Below, one piece after another: positions 44,961 through 54,205 of a stretch of 64,000 nucleotides of DNA. Every line of letters begins with the position of its first letter. Position 1 is the stretch's first letter. The notes beneath the pieces are model-generated. The model was not told the DNA's origin. It searched no databases and worked only from the letters and a program-made list of their open reading frames with translations. The position numbers and the translations under genes were made by a program. This stretch comes from Eubacteriales bacterium (GTDB lineage Bacteria; Bacillota; Clostridia; Oscillospirales; CAG-272): NCBI GenBank assembly GCA_045658525.1, contig JAZOVD010000030.1:25714-89713 (forward strand), read 5' to 3'.

Positions 44961-44980
44961 CGTTTTGTACCTCCGAGGTG

Positions 44981-46249
44981 TTATTTTTTTCTGCGCGCGG
45001 AAATAAACGCTGCGCACTTTTCGGCAGAGCCATATACCACGAACGGGAAAAAGCATATACCGAGAAACGCGGGAATGAGTATCCATCTTGAATTTGCCGT
45101 TCCCACGGTGAAGTAAACGTAGCAGAATATCACGCAAGCGGCAAATACTGCGCAGGATATGACTATGGCGAGAACGTTAAAGATAAAGCCTGTTATGCCT
45201 ATGTCGTTTCCGTATTCCGCACCCTTGACAGAGAACGCTCCCATATCAGGAGCCGCGTTTTCGTCGGTTTGGGGTTCGGTGTAAAGCGTAGTGTTTTCTT
45301 GTGTGTGGGGCGATTCTTGGTCGGGGGTGTTACGCTCTGCCGTCATTTCCGCTATTCGGAGCAGACGCGCTCCCCTCTTTCGGCGCGCTTCCAGCCTTTT
45401 TGAGAATATAGCGGAGAAGATCATATACGCTATGCCGAATATAAACGTACCGATAACACCTATGATAAAGAGCCATTCGGGTCTTACTCCGTCGGTAACT
45501 ATCCTTTTCGGATCGAATGCTCCGTTAAAGAACATACTCCTTATTACCGAGAACACGATGCCGCCGAGTGAGGCGAACATAAATATAAGAGAGAACGTAG
45601 CTCCGAGAAACGCCGTGGCGACCTCAGTGACAGTTCCCCTTGATCCTGGGGTCTCGCTTTCCGCTCTGAAAAAGTAATATCTTCTTCCGTTGTCCGAGGC
45701 GAAAAGAAATTTCCAACCGTGCTTTGTGAGGTCGATGAGCTTTTTGTTCTCGTTTTCGGTAAGCTCTCTACTGACGGAAAACACCTTGTATTCGCCCGGC
45801 TCTGTCTCAAAGCCGTATTCTATCGAGTCATCAAAGACGTATTCGCCCGCCGTGAACGCGACGAGACGCTCACCCTCAGCGCGTTTGGATTTTAACCATT
45901 CGCTTTCGGCTTTGTCCGAGTTCTTTTCTCTTATGAAGCTTTTTTTCTCTGTTGAAAGCTCCGACGGAAGCTGTTTTCTGTAAAAACGCACGTCCTTGAA
46001 CGTGAATACGTATCTCCATTCACTGTTTAGGGTTTCGTATATGCCGCCGTCCGAACGGTTAGAGGTTGCGTAGAGATAACGCGCTCCTTCATCGCGGGAG
46101 AAAAAGCAGGTCGAGCCCTCGGCTTTTTCTATGTGAAGTCCCTTTGATGACATAGAGTTTATATATGATAGCAGACCCTCCGTTTTTTTACCGTTGAACA
46201 TCATCAAACGGAACGGCTTGCGTTTTTTAATGTTTATTTCTGTTATCAA
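44981..46249 (-). CDS. DUF2812-like membrane protein
   Basis: Two N-terminal repeats of the ..WL....A..G..L......Y.F type (LLSYINSMSSKGLHIEK, WLKSKRAEGERLVAF, LTKHGWKFLFASDNGRRYYFF), followed by several TM helices. TTG start 8 nt after GGAGG. Confidence 0.5.
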   Translation of the reverse strand: MITEINIKKRKPFRLMMFNGKKTEGLLSYINSMSSKGLHIEKAEGSTCFFSRDEGARYLYATSNRSDGGIYETLNSEWRYVFTFKDVRFYRKQLPSELSTEKKSFIREKNSDKAESEWLKSKRAEGERLVAFTAGEYVFDDSIEYGFETEPGEYKVFSVSRELTENENKKLIDLTKHGWKFLFASDNGRRYYFFRAESETPGSRGTVTEVATAFLGATFSLIFMFASLGGIVFSVIRSMFFNGAFDPKRIVTDGVRPEWLFIIGVIGTFIFGIAYMIFSAIFSKRLEARRKRGARLLRIAEMTAERNTPDQESPHTQENTTLYTEPQTDENAAPDMGAFSVKGAEYGNDIGITGFIFNVLAIVISCAVFAACVIFCYVYFTVGTANSRWILIPAFLGICFFPFVVYGSAEKCAAFISARRKK

Positions 46250-46279
46250 ATGAAATTCCTCCGAATTTTTGGGGGATGT

Positions 46280-46762
46280 TCAGAGTCGTGAAGAGATCTC
46301 CCTTAACTCGATTCCCGACGAAAGAGCGTAATCCACCGTATATCGTGTTCCGCCCGTGCTTCGTGTACAGTAGCTTATACATATACAGCTTCTGTCGATC
46401 ATATATCGGTTTCTTTTGAACATACAGCCCTGATGGTAGCTTTCAGAGACGTATGTTATTTCGTCCGCGTTTTTCTTTATTTCCGCAAACTCGCTTTTGG
46501 CTGAATTGCTCCATTTCGCGTCGTGATCCCTGCAAGGGATCGCCAGCGTAAGCGTTATATCGGGATAGCTGTTTTTTAAAGATAACACCGCCTGCGCCGC
46601 CATCATATCAAATCCGATCGCGCCGCCCGCGATAAAGGTCCGTATCCCTAAACCGTACGCGGAAATTATCTCATTTTTAAGAGCATGATCTATTTTTTGT
46701 CGAAGCGCGGATGGTATATCCCTATGACCTGTAAAGCAACAGGTTTCGTTCTTATTATACAT
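46280..46762 (-). CDS. SLOG-fold DUF1273 (YpsA-like) protein
   Basis: CCFTGHRDIP...FIAGGAIGFDMMAAQAVL...LTLAIPC...YVS signature. 160 aa. Confidence 0.7.
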   Translation of the reverse strand: MYNKNETCCFTGHRDIPSALRQKIDHALKNEIISAYGLGIRTFIAGGAIGFDMMAAQAVLSLKNSYPDITLTLAIPCRDHDAKWSNSAKSEFAEIKKNADEITYVSESYHQGCMFKRNRYMIDRSCICISYCTRSTGGTRYTVDYALSSGIELREISSRL

Positions 46763-46854
46763 TTATCTAACCAACGTTTTTTTCTGTCATAATGAATTAT
46801 TTGTGTCAATATTCGGTTGTATTCGGTATTTAACCGTCGTTATTTGCAAGCGGG

Positions 46855-47019
46855 TTTTCAACACAAACCCACAGAGTTTTCCACAGGTTGTGTGTTTTTC
46901 CACACCCAAGACCCTATGAAATCACTATATTTTGGGGCTTTTTGGGGGAGTTTTCCACAGGGGCGTCAGCCGAAATCGGGTGATTTATCCACAATCGACT
47001 CTATGCGACATTATTCACA
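46855..47019 (+). promoter_or_regulatory. cluster of six co-oriented DnaA boxes
   Basis: TTTTCAACA 46855, TTTTCCACA 46877, TTTTCCACA 46896, TTTTCCACA 46951, TTATCCACA 46985 (perfect match), TTATTCACA 47011. All are on the plus strand. Confidence 0.6.
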
Positions 47020-48547
47020 TATAGTCACGGTCAAGGGTGCGTAGCTGTATCGCCTCAGCCATATGAATGGCTGTTATTTTTTCGCTTTGATCAAGGTCGG
47101 CGACGGTCCTCGCGACTTTAAGTATGCGGTCGTATCCGCGCGCGGAAAGACCGATATTTTCAAACGCCGCGGTTATTAATTTTTCCGCATCGGGTTCAAG
47201 AACGCAGAATGTCCTTATCTGCGCGGGTGTCATTTTAGCGTTTGAGTAAACTCCGCCGTTCTTGAATCTTGGGGCAGCGAATCTCCTTGCGTTGTTTACG
47301 CGCTCGCGTATCGTCTCGGAGCTTTCTCCCACGGTCATTCCCGAGATCTCCTCTTTGGTAAGAGAGGGCATTTCTACCTGTATATCTATTCTGTCCAAAA
47401 GCGGCCCGCTTATCCTTGAAAGATAACGCTTGACGTCATCGGGCTTGCAGGTGCATTTATGTGTAGGATGACCCCTGTAACCGCATTTGCACGGGTTCAT
47501 CGCGCAAAGCAGCATAAATGAGCTTGGGAAACGGAGCTTACCGTTGGCTCTGGTTATGGTTATCTCGCCGTCCTCTATCGGTTGACGGAGGACCTCGGTA
47601 ACTTGTCTTGTAAACTCGGGAAGCTCGTCGAGGAAAAGGACTCCGTTATGAGCGAGAGATATTTCACCCGGAACGGGTATCGCGCCGCCGCCCGCGAGCG
47701 AGGCGGACGACATCGTGTGGTGAGGAGAGCGTATAGGGCGTGAGGTTATAAGCGAGACTCCCTCGGGGAGCATACCTGCTATCGAGTATATCTTTGTTAC
47801 CTCAACAGCCTCGTCAAACGACATATCGGGCAGTATTGACGGCAAACGCTTAGCGAGCATACTTTTTCCCGTTCCGGGAGGTCCTATGAGCAGGAGATTG
47901 TGACCGCCTGCCGCGGCTATCTCCATTGCCCGTTTGGCTCGCGCCTGACCCTTTACGTCAGAAAAATCAGCGTTTATATGAGTCCTTACAGTCTTTAACA
48001 TATCCGGGTCGAACTCAGTAGGCTCTATCGGCTTTTTTCCGTTGAGGTGGGAGACGAGCTGTTTTACGTTCTCTACTCCGTATATGTTTACTCCGCTTAC
48101 GACAGATGCTTCCTTTGCGTTTATAGCGGGAACGAATATCTCGCGTATTCCGCGTTCCTTTAACGCCAGCACCATACACAGTACCCCGCGTACTCCGCGC
48201 ACGCTTCCCGATAGGGAAAGCTCGCCGAGAAAGCACTTTTTATCAAACGGGACTTTGGGGTCTATGTAACCTGAGGAACGCAGTATTCCTACGAGCATAG
48301 CGAGGTCGAACGCAGTTCCGCTTTTCTTTGTGTCCGCGGGAGCCATATTTATGACTATCGCGGCATCGGGAAAGGTTATACCGCTGTTCTCTATTGCCGT
48401 GCGGATACGCTCCTTTGCCTCTTTTACGGCGGCGTCGGGAAGTCCGACCACCTCAAAGCTGGCGAGCTTATCCTGTACGTTACATTCAACGGTTACCGCG
48501 TAACCGTCAACTCCGCTTATTCCCGCGCTATATACAGTAGAAAGCAT
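47015..48547 (-). CDS. comM: YifB/ComM-family Mg-chelatase-like AAA+ ATPase
   Basis: Lon-protease-like N-terminus, Walker A LLIGPPGTGKSML, C-rich insert CKCGYRGHPTHKCTC, and a C-terminal ChlI tail. Confidence 0.9.
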   Translation of the reverse strand: MLSTVYSAGISGVDGYAVTVECNVQDKLASFEVVGLPDAAVKEAKERIRTAIENSGITFPDAAIVINMAPADTKKSGTAFDLAMLVGILRSSGYIDPKVPFDKKCFLGELSLSGSVRGVRGVLCMVLALKERGIREIFVPAINAKEASVVSGVNIYGVENVKQLVSHLNGKKPIEPTEFDPDMLKTVRTHINADFSDVKGQARAKRAMEIAAAGGHNLLLIGPPGTGKSMLAKRLPSILPDMSFDEAVEVTKIYSIAGMLPEGVSLITSRPIRSPHHTMSSASLAGGGAIPVPGEISLAHNGVLFLDELPEFTRQVTEVLRQPIEDGEITITRANGKLRFPSSFMLLCAMNPCKCGYRGHPTHKCTCKPDDVKRYLSRISGPLLDRIDIQVEMPSLTKEEISGMTVGESSETIRERVNNARRFAAPRFKNGGVYSNAKMTPAQIRTFCVLEPDAEKLITAAFENIGLSARGYDRILKVARTVADLDQSEKITAIHMAEAIQLRTLDRDYM

Positions 48548-48594
48548 AGTGTTCTCCGTTCGTTTTTTTGAATATTTTCCTGTATGTAAATAGT

Positions 48595-48623
48595 ATTATA
48601 CTACAAAATATAATATTTTTCAA
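48595..48623 (-). promoter_or_regulatory. sigma-A type promoter for comM
   Basis: The minus strand reads TTGAAA (48623-48618), 17 nt, TATAAT (48600-48595). Confidence 0.6.
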
Positions 48624-48629
48624 TAGTTT

Positions 48630-48752
48630 CCCCATACTTTCTTGAAAGAAAGTATGCAAAGAACTTCTCTATGGGTACTATTGTGGAAGAATGATGTTTA
48701 ATCATAGAGTGATGGGGTTTTATAATAGAGTGATGGTGTTTTGTTTGATCGT
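48630..48752 (-). repeat. promoter-proximal repeat module, copy B (inverted relative to 12264-12427)
   Basis: The reverse complement reads TTACGATCAAACAAAACACCATCACTCTAT...CCCCATCACTCTATGA...CACAATAGTACCCATAGAGAAGTTCTTTGCATACTTTCTTTCAAGAAAGTATGGGG. Confidence 0.7.
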
Positions 48753-48758
48753 AAAAAG

Positions 48759-48782
48759 GCTGAGTCAAAATCTCGACTCAGC
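48759..48782 (-). terminator. terminator after the deacetylase gene
   Basis: GCTGAGTC-N8-GACTCAGC. On the minus strand it is followed by CTTTTT. Confidence 0.65.
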
Positions 48783-48792
48783 TCTTATTAAA

Positions 48793-49500
48793 TCAAGTGT
48801 TGGCTTTCTGCTTCTGGCAGTATCTGTAAACCTCGCCATTTGTCATATAGGTTATATCGCGGTTTCCGGATATTTTTTCACAGAAACGCTCGAACGTATC
48901 CCAGCTTTCATATTTATCGAACTCAAAGGAATGTCCCCAGAGGTAGAAAAGCATATCCTCGGTAGGCTCGGCGTTTATAAATTTGTCGGCAAGCTCGAAT
49001 ATTTCCGCGTCGTTCTGATGACAGGTAGGGTGCCACTCCATAAAGTTTTCGGGAATGGCGAAGGTCTTATGAGAGTTTGTGGTTCTTGCGTATCTTATGG
49101 GAGTGTTTTCCGTTATAAGTCTTATAACTCTCTCATCGTAGCAGTCACCGCCGCAGGGGTACGCCATACCGATTATCTCCTTACCGCCAAGCTCGGAGAG
49201 GGCTTTGTGATCCTCGCTGACTTCCTTTATGACTCTTTCATCGTCGCATCTTTTGAGATTCGGGTGAGTCGAGGTATGTACGGCGATCTCGTGGTTGCGG
49301 TAAAGCTGCTTTACTTCTTCCGCATCTATTTCATCGTGACATACGTTTATTCCTGTATGGACTATGTTGTGCTTCTGTCCGAAAAATCCTGAGTTGAGAT
49401 TAAAGGTGGCGCGCAGATTGTACCTGTCTATAAGCTCGATGAAGCGTTTGTCCTGCACAGTTCCGTCATCAAAGCTGAGAGTAAACATTTTTCTGAACAT
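48793..49500 (-). CDS. polysaccharide deacetylase (NodB/CE4 family)
   Basis: FTLSFDDGTVQD motif and HT.TH-type His motif (AVHTSTHP). ATG 49500 lies behind AAGGAG. The longer 49632 start is rejected. Confidence 0.8.
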   Translation of the reverse strand: MFRKMFTLSFDDGTVQDKRFIELIDRYNLRATFNLNSGFFGQKHNIVHTGINVCHDEIDAEEVKQLYRNHEIAVHTSTHPNLKRCDDERVIKEVSEDHKALSELGGKEIIGMAYPCGGDCYDERVIRLITENTPIRYARTTNSHKTFAIPENFMEWHPTCHQNDAEIFELADKFINAEPTEDMLFYLWGHSFEFDKYESWDTFERFCEKISGNRDITYMTNGEVYRYCQKQKANT

Positions 49501-49549
49501 AACCGTTCTCCTTATCAATATAAATCCGTTGTGTTGTTGTAATGAGCAA

Positions 49550-50356
49550 TTATTGCCCAAATACCGTTTTTGAGATCTCGGTGGTGTTTTCATATATAAG
49601 GTCGGGAAGCTCGGCTTCCGAAAGACCTTCAAGATCGCTTTTTTTAGTCTCGCCGGTAAGAACGAGTATCGCGGTAACTCCGCTTCGCTTTCCTATCGCA
49701 ATATCGGTATATAAACGGTCTCCGATGACCGCCGCGTCGTTTTTGTCCACTCCCGTGACCGAGCATATCATCTCCATCGTGTCGGCGTAGGGCTTTCCGA
49801 AATATCTCGGAGTTACGCCTGTCGATGCGGTAACGAAAGCGGAGATCGCGCCGCTGTCGGGAATGAAGCCGTCCTCTGTCGGACAGTTAAAATCGGGGTG
49901 AGTGCTGAGGTATTCAGCTCCGTTCATTATCAAGCGGCAGGCGTTTGACAGCTTTTCATAGGTTAGCGAGGTGTCGAAGCTGGTCACTACGATGTCAGCG
50001 CTCTTTCCGTCGGTAAGAGCGATACCGCTTTTTTCAAACGACGAAATAAGATCGGTCGTACCGACTAAATAAACGCGTTTTCCCGCGCGTTCCTTTTTCA
50101 AAAACGCTATCGTAACGTCACCTGATGTCATTATCTCGCCATCTCTCGGCTCAAAACCGAGACGCGCGAGCTTTTCGGCGTAGAACTCCGGACTGTGCGA
50201 GGCGTTGTTGGTGAAAAAGAGGACTCGTTTTCCCTCTTTTCTTAACCGTTTTATAAACTCCACCGCCTCGGGAAACACCCGTTCTCCGAGGTATATAGTG
50301 CCGTCCATATCGAAAACGAACAGCTTTTTGTTCTTTAAATTATTCATAGTCAGCAT
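49550..50356 (-). CDS. HAD-IIA family hydrolase (NagD-like)
   Basis: FVFDMDGTIY, FFTNNAS, and GDRLYTDIAIG motifs. Confidence 0.8.
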   Translation of the reverse strand: MLTMNNLKNKKLFVFDMDGTIYLGERVFPEAVEFIKRLRKEGKRVLFFTNNASHSPEFYAEKLARLGFEPRDGEIMTSGDVTIAFLKKERAGKRVYLVGTTDLISSFEKSGIALTDGKSADIVVTSFDTSLTYEKLSNACRLIMNGAEYLSTHPDFNCPTEDGFIPDSGAISAFVTASTGVTPRYFGKPYADTMEMICSVTGVDKNDAAVIGDRLYTDIAIGKRSGVTAILVLTGETKKSDLEGLSEAELPDLIYENTTEISKTVFGQ

Positions 50357-50512
50357 CCCTTCGGGTTAGTTGATACTATTTTACTCCTATTTTTACGATA
50401 TTTGTTTAATGTAATGTAAATTTCCTTAATTTACGATATATTAACTAAATTTTAATATATATATGCTAATATAAAAATACAAAAATGAATTTAAAGAGGG
50501 ATGTTACATAAA

Positions 50513-51331
50513 ATGAAGACCGTGATTGGAATAGACGTTGGCGGAAGCACGACGAAAATAGTTGGATTTGATGAGAATAAAAATCTTATCGAGCCTATGT
50601 TCATACACGCGAACGACCAGATAACGTCGATATACGGTGCGTTTGGAAAGTTCATAGACGAGAACAACCTTACTCTTGACGATATTTCGGGAATACGAAT
50701 GACGGGAGTGGGAGCTTCCTTTTTGGAAAAGGGGATATACGGACTTAAATGCGACCACGTTTCGGAGTTTAAGAGCATAGGTGCGGGCGGACTTTACCTT
50801 TCTGGACTTGACCGCGCGCTTATAGCGAGTCTCGGAACGGGAAGTGCGTGCGTTTACGCTGAAAAGGGTAAAAAAGCCGAATATCTCGGCGGAACGGGCG
50901 TAGGCGGCGGAACGCTTATGGGACTCAGTAAGCTGCTTCTCGGAATGGATAACATAAATCATATATACAAGCTTGCCGCGGAGGGCGATCTTTCGCGTAT
51001 AGATCTGCGTATAAAGAATATCACGAAAAAAGCGGATCTTTCAGAGCTTTCCTCAGAGTTGACCGTTGCTAACTTCGGTAAGCTCAGTGACCTTGCTTCA
51101 AAGAGCGATATAGCTCTCGGTATAATCAATATGGTGTTTGAGACCGTTGGAACGACCGCCGTTTTTGCCGCGAGAACACATAACGTAAAGGATATAGTTC
51201 TTACGGGTAATCTTACTACCGTGCCTCAGGCAGCCCAGATATTTAAGAATGTAGGTGAGCTGCTCGGTGCTAACTTTATAATCCCGAAGTACGCGCAGTA
51301 CGGAACTGTCATAGGTGCGGCATTGCAGTAA
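50513..51331 (+). CDS. coaW: type II pantothenate kinase
   Basis: IGIDVGGSTTKIVGF and LGGTGVGGGTLMGLSKLLLG are signatures of the eukaryote-like/Staphylococcus-type PanK. The start could be 50501 or 50513. Confidence 0.7.
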   Translation: MKTVIGIDVGGSTTKIVGFDENKNLIEPMFIHANDQITSIYGAFGKFIDENNLTLDDISGIRMTGVGASFLEKGIYGLKCDHVSEFKSIGAGGLYLSGLDRALIASLGTGSACVYAEKGKKAEYLGGTGVGGGTLMGLSKLLLGMDNINHIYKLAAEGDLSRIDLRIKNITKKADLSELSSELTVANFGKLSDLASKSDIALGIINMVFETVGTTAVFAARTHNVKDIVLTGNLTTVPQAAQIFKNVGELLGANFIIPKYAQYGTVIGAALQ

Positions 51332-51349
51332 TAAAGATAGGTTGAGGAT

Positions 51350-52461
51350 ATGACGGAAGCGAATAACAGCTATAAGGAATATATATTGGCCAAAAAACAC
51401 CACGCGTTCAGAACCGAAAAGAGCCTGATAACGTTCTTTTTACGAACGGCGAGTATCACGAAAGAATGGCGAAACGCTTCAAGGCGCTTCTTGAGCTTCA
51501 AGATGCTGTGTTCATTCCGAACGATATGTTCGTGCCTACACGGACTACCGTCTGCGCGCCGGATATACTTACGAAAAATGACCCCGAAAGCGCCGAAAAC
51601 ACAAAAATGCATGAGTGTGGGTGGCTTTCAAATATAAATCCCGATTACGGAAAGATAATCTCAAAGGGATTTTTAAAGGTAAAAGAGGAGATAGCCGAAG
51701 CATCGGAAAAAACCGACGACGCCGGCAAAAAGGCATACGCTCAGTCGCTTCTGACTATCGTTGACGCTATTATTGAGTTTGCTGACAGATATAAAAGGGC
51801 GGCTCGTGAGGCGGGCGAAAACGAGATAGCGGACGTTCTTGAAAACGTTCCGAAATACGGAGCGAGAAGCTACCGTGAGGCTCTCCAAGCGTTCAGGATA
51901 GTGCATTTCTGTCTGTGGCTTGAAGGAGATTATCACGTTACGGTAGGTAGATTCGATCAGTATATGTATCCGTATCTTTTGGCGGATATGGAAAAGGGAG
52001 CGTTGACCTACGACGAGGCTCTCGCTATGACCGAGAACTTCTTTATAAGCTTTAATAAGGACAGCGACCTTTACAGAGGAATGCAGCAGGGTGATAACGG
52101 TCAGAGTATGATGCTCGGCGGTTATGACGAGAACGGAAACGATACTTACAATACTCTTTCCGAGATATGCCTTAAAGCATCTCTTAACGTTCGTCTCATC
52201 GACCCGAAGATAAATTTGAGAGTCAATAAAACGACCCCGATGGACAGATTGGTTTTTGCTTCCGAGCTTACCGCGGCGGGACTTGGGTTTCCGCAGTATT
52301 CAAACGACGATATAGTCGTTCCGGGACTTATCGCTCTTGGGTATGATAAAGAGGACGCGGTGAATTATACCGTTGCCGCCTGCTGGGAATTTATCATACC
52401 GGGAGTCGGAATGGATATACCGAACGTAGGCGCGCTTTCGTTTGCGGACTGTGTAAGATAG
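51350..52461 (+). pseudogene. glycyl-radical enzyme (PFL2-type) gene remnant: frameshifted N-terminus, C-terminal half deleted
   Basis: Frame 2 (MTEANNSYKEYILAKKHHAFRTEK) continues in frame 1 (EPDNVLFTNGEYHERMAKRFKALLE...) across the A-run near 51415-51421. The sequence runs through GRFDQYMYPYL...GDNGQSMMLGG...VAACWEF and stops at 52461. The roughly 400 aa that should carry the glycine-radical motif are absent. Confidence 0.7.
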
Positions 52462-53144
52462 ACGGCTGTACGGTCAGCGGCGGCAAAACCGCGCTTCAAA
52501 ATGCCGATACGGGTCTTTGTAACGGTTGCGAGAGATGCGTTTCAAAATGCCCGGAAAACCTCAGACGTGTTTCGGGTAAGGTCTATACCGCCGAGGAGCT
52601 GAAAACCAAGATAATGAAAAACAGTGTGTTTCTTGCTGACGGTGGGGTGACGTTTTCGGGCGGAGAACCGACTATGCAGGCTGACTTTCTTTGTGAGATG
52701 CTCGATATTCTTCCGCTTCACCGCGCGGTCCAGACCTGTGGTTTTTGCTCCGAAGAAACGTTTAAGCGCGTTCTTTCTAAGATAGATCTTATGCTGTTCG
52801 ATATAAAACATACGGATAGAGAAAAGCATAAGCTATACACGGGCGTTGATAATGCCACTATTCTACGAAATCTTGATACTCTTATTGCTTCCGAAAAGCC
52901 TTTTATAGCTCGGATACCGCTTATAGCGGGCGTAAACGACGACCCTGAAAACCTTGGAAACGTCGCGGCACTTTTGAAAAACGCTGAAAATCTTATAAGA
53001 GTCGAGCTTCTTCCGTATAACGGAGCAGCGGGCGCGAAATATGCGATGGTCGGACGGGAATACGAGGGAGCGTCATTTGAAGCTCCGTTAAGACCTGATA
53101 CGTCGCGTTTTGCGGCTTTGGGGATAGATTGTAAGGTGATGTGA
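52452..53144 (+). pseudogene. glycyl-radical enzyme activase remnant lacking the radical-SAM CxxxCxxC N-terminus
   Basis: The reading frame gives CKIDGC...CNGCERCVSKCPENL...GGVTFSGGEPTMQ...DIKHTD...RIPLIAGVNDD. It starts directly at the deletion junction with the GRE remnant. The first Met is only at 52614. Confidence 0.65.
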
Positions 53145-53147
53145 GGT

Positions 53148-53588
53148 ATGAATATAAGGAAAACGCTTTTAACTGCCGCGATAAGTGTTGCTTTGTTTGC
53201 GGTAATGTGCGGAACGTATATATTCGGGCTTCCGGACAAGGTATTTAAAGAGGTAAAAGTGACCCCGAATGGAGAATGTTCGTTTTACGAGTCCGAAAAC
53301 GTTGATCTTATAGGCTTTTCTGAAAATGATATTGCTTTTTCCGACACCGCGTTTCGGGGAGGAAGTGTTTACGTCAACGTCAAGGGCGAGGCGGGTAAGG
53401 CGTATAGTATAAAGGTTTTTACTCCATCGGGAAAGAGCGGATCGTCTGTTTTTGAAAGCAAAAGGGCTGATGAAAACGGAAACGTGCATTGGACGTGGAA
53501 GGTCTCGGACAATATCTCGGACGGTTATATACGGGTGATAGTTTTCGGTGAAAATGAGTACGCGCAGATAAAAATGAAGATACGTTGA
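53148..53588 (+). CDS. membrane-anchored or secreted small beta-rich protein, unknown function
   Basis: The N-terminal hydrophobic segment LLTAAISVALFAVMCGTYIF. RBS GTGAGG. The start is 4 nt after the upstream stop. Confidence 0.55.
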   Translation: MNIRKTLLTAAISVALFAVMCGTYIFGLPDKVFKEVKVTPNGECSFYESENVDLIGFSENDIAFSDTAFRGGSVYVNVKGEAGKAYSIKVFTPSGKSGSSVFESKRADENGNVHWTWKVSDNISDGYIRVIVFGENEYAQIKMKIR

Positions 53589-53646
53589 CGATATTCGATT
53601 TCATTTTCATTTGGTTTACAAAAAATACAAAAAATTCATAATAAAA

Positions 53647-53692
53647 AGCCGTGTTTTGTGGGTAAAAAACTCGAAAACGCGGCTTTTATTTC
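53647..53692 (+). terminator. terminator hairpin
   Basis: AGCCGTGTTTT-N16-AAAACGCGGCT followed by TTTATTT. Confidence 0.5.
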
Positions 53693-53867
53693 GTTGTTTT
53701 TGCTCAATTATGGAATATATATACACTTATAATGCAATTATAAAGCCTTTACAATTTAGAAAAAGTGTGTTAAAATATTAACAGAAAAATAATTAATATC
53801 GAAAAAGAAATTAATTAAAACTAAATTTTTTAAAAACCGAAGTATTAAGTGAAGGAGAGTGAGGGCG

Positions 53868-54119
53868 TTGAAAATAAATAAGAAGTATATACTTGCGATA
53901 ATGTGGACGCTCTGTGTAGCTATGTGCGTAACTACGGTAGCCGCTCTCTGCCTTTTTGTTTTGGCAAGGGTGCAGCACGGAGCGCTTCGTGACGGGCTTG
54001 CGCTTACCAGATATATAATCAATATTTCCATACCGCTTCTCGGAATATGCGCTATGCTTTCGTTTATAGCATATCGAAGATTAAAGGAAAACGAAAAAAT
54101 CGGATCGATAAAAAAATGA
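53868..54119 (+). CDS. small two-TM membrane protein
   Basis: TTG 53868 lies 10 nt after GAAGGAG. Two hydrophobic helices. A strong terminator overlaps the stop. Confidence 0.45.
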   Translation: MKINKKYILAIMWTLCVAMCVTTVAALCLFVLARVQHGALRDGLALTRYIINISIPLLGICAMLSFIAYRRLKENEKIGSIKK

Positions 54120-54144
54120 GGCTTTAAAAGCCTCATTTTTTTAT
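54113..54144 (+). terminator. rho-independent terminator
   Basis: AATGAGGC-TTTAAAA-GCCTCATT followed by TTTTTTATTT. Confidence 0.75.
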
Positions 54145-54205
54145 TTGCTGTAAGCTCCGACCATCATTTTAGTGAGATTTATACGTTTGCCCGCGGTCTC
54201 GGCGG

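Noticed and set aside
46763-47044. The DnaA-box cluster considered as the chromosomal origin oriC, and the 75-aa ORF at 46817-47044.
   Set aside because: No dnaA, dnaN or rpmH is nearby, and I could not identify a convincing AT-rich unwinding element. The ORF is simply the translation of the box array. The cluster is kept only as a non-origin DnaA-box cluster.
12264-48752. The 36-kb segment bounded by the inverted repeat modules, considered as a composite transposon or genomic island.
   Set aside because: The interior is dominated by single-copy housekeeping genes (aroBAC, miaA, ileS, metG, truB, lspA). No transposase or integrase is present. The repeats are more plausibly members of a dispersed family.
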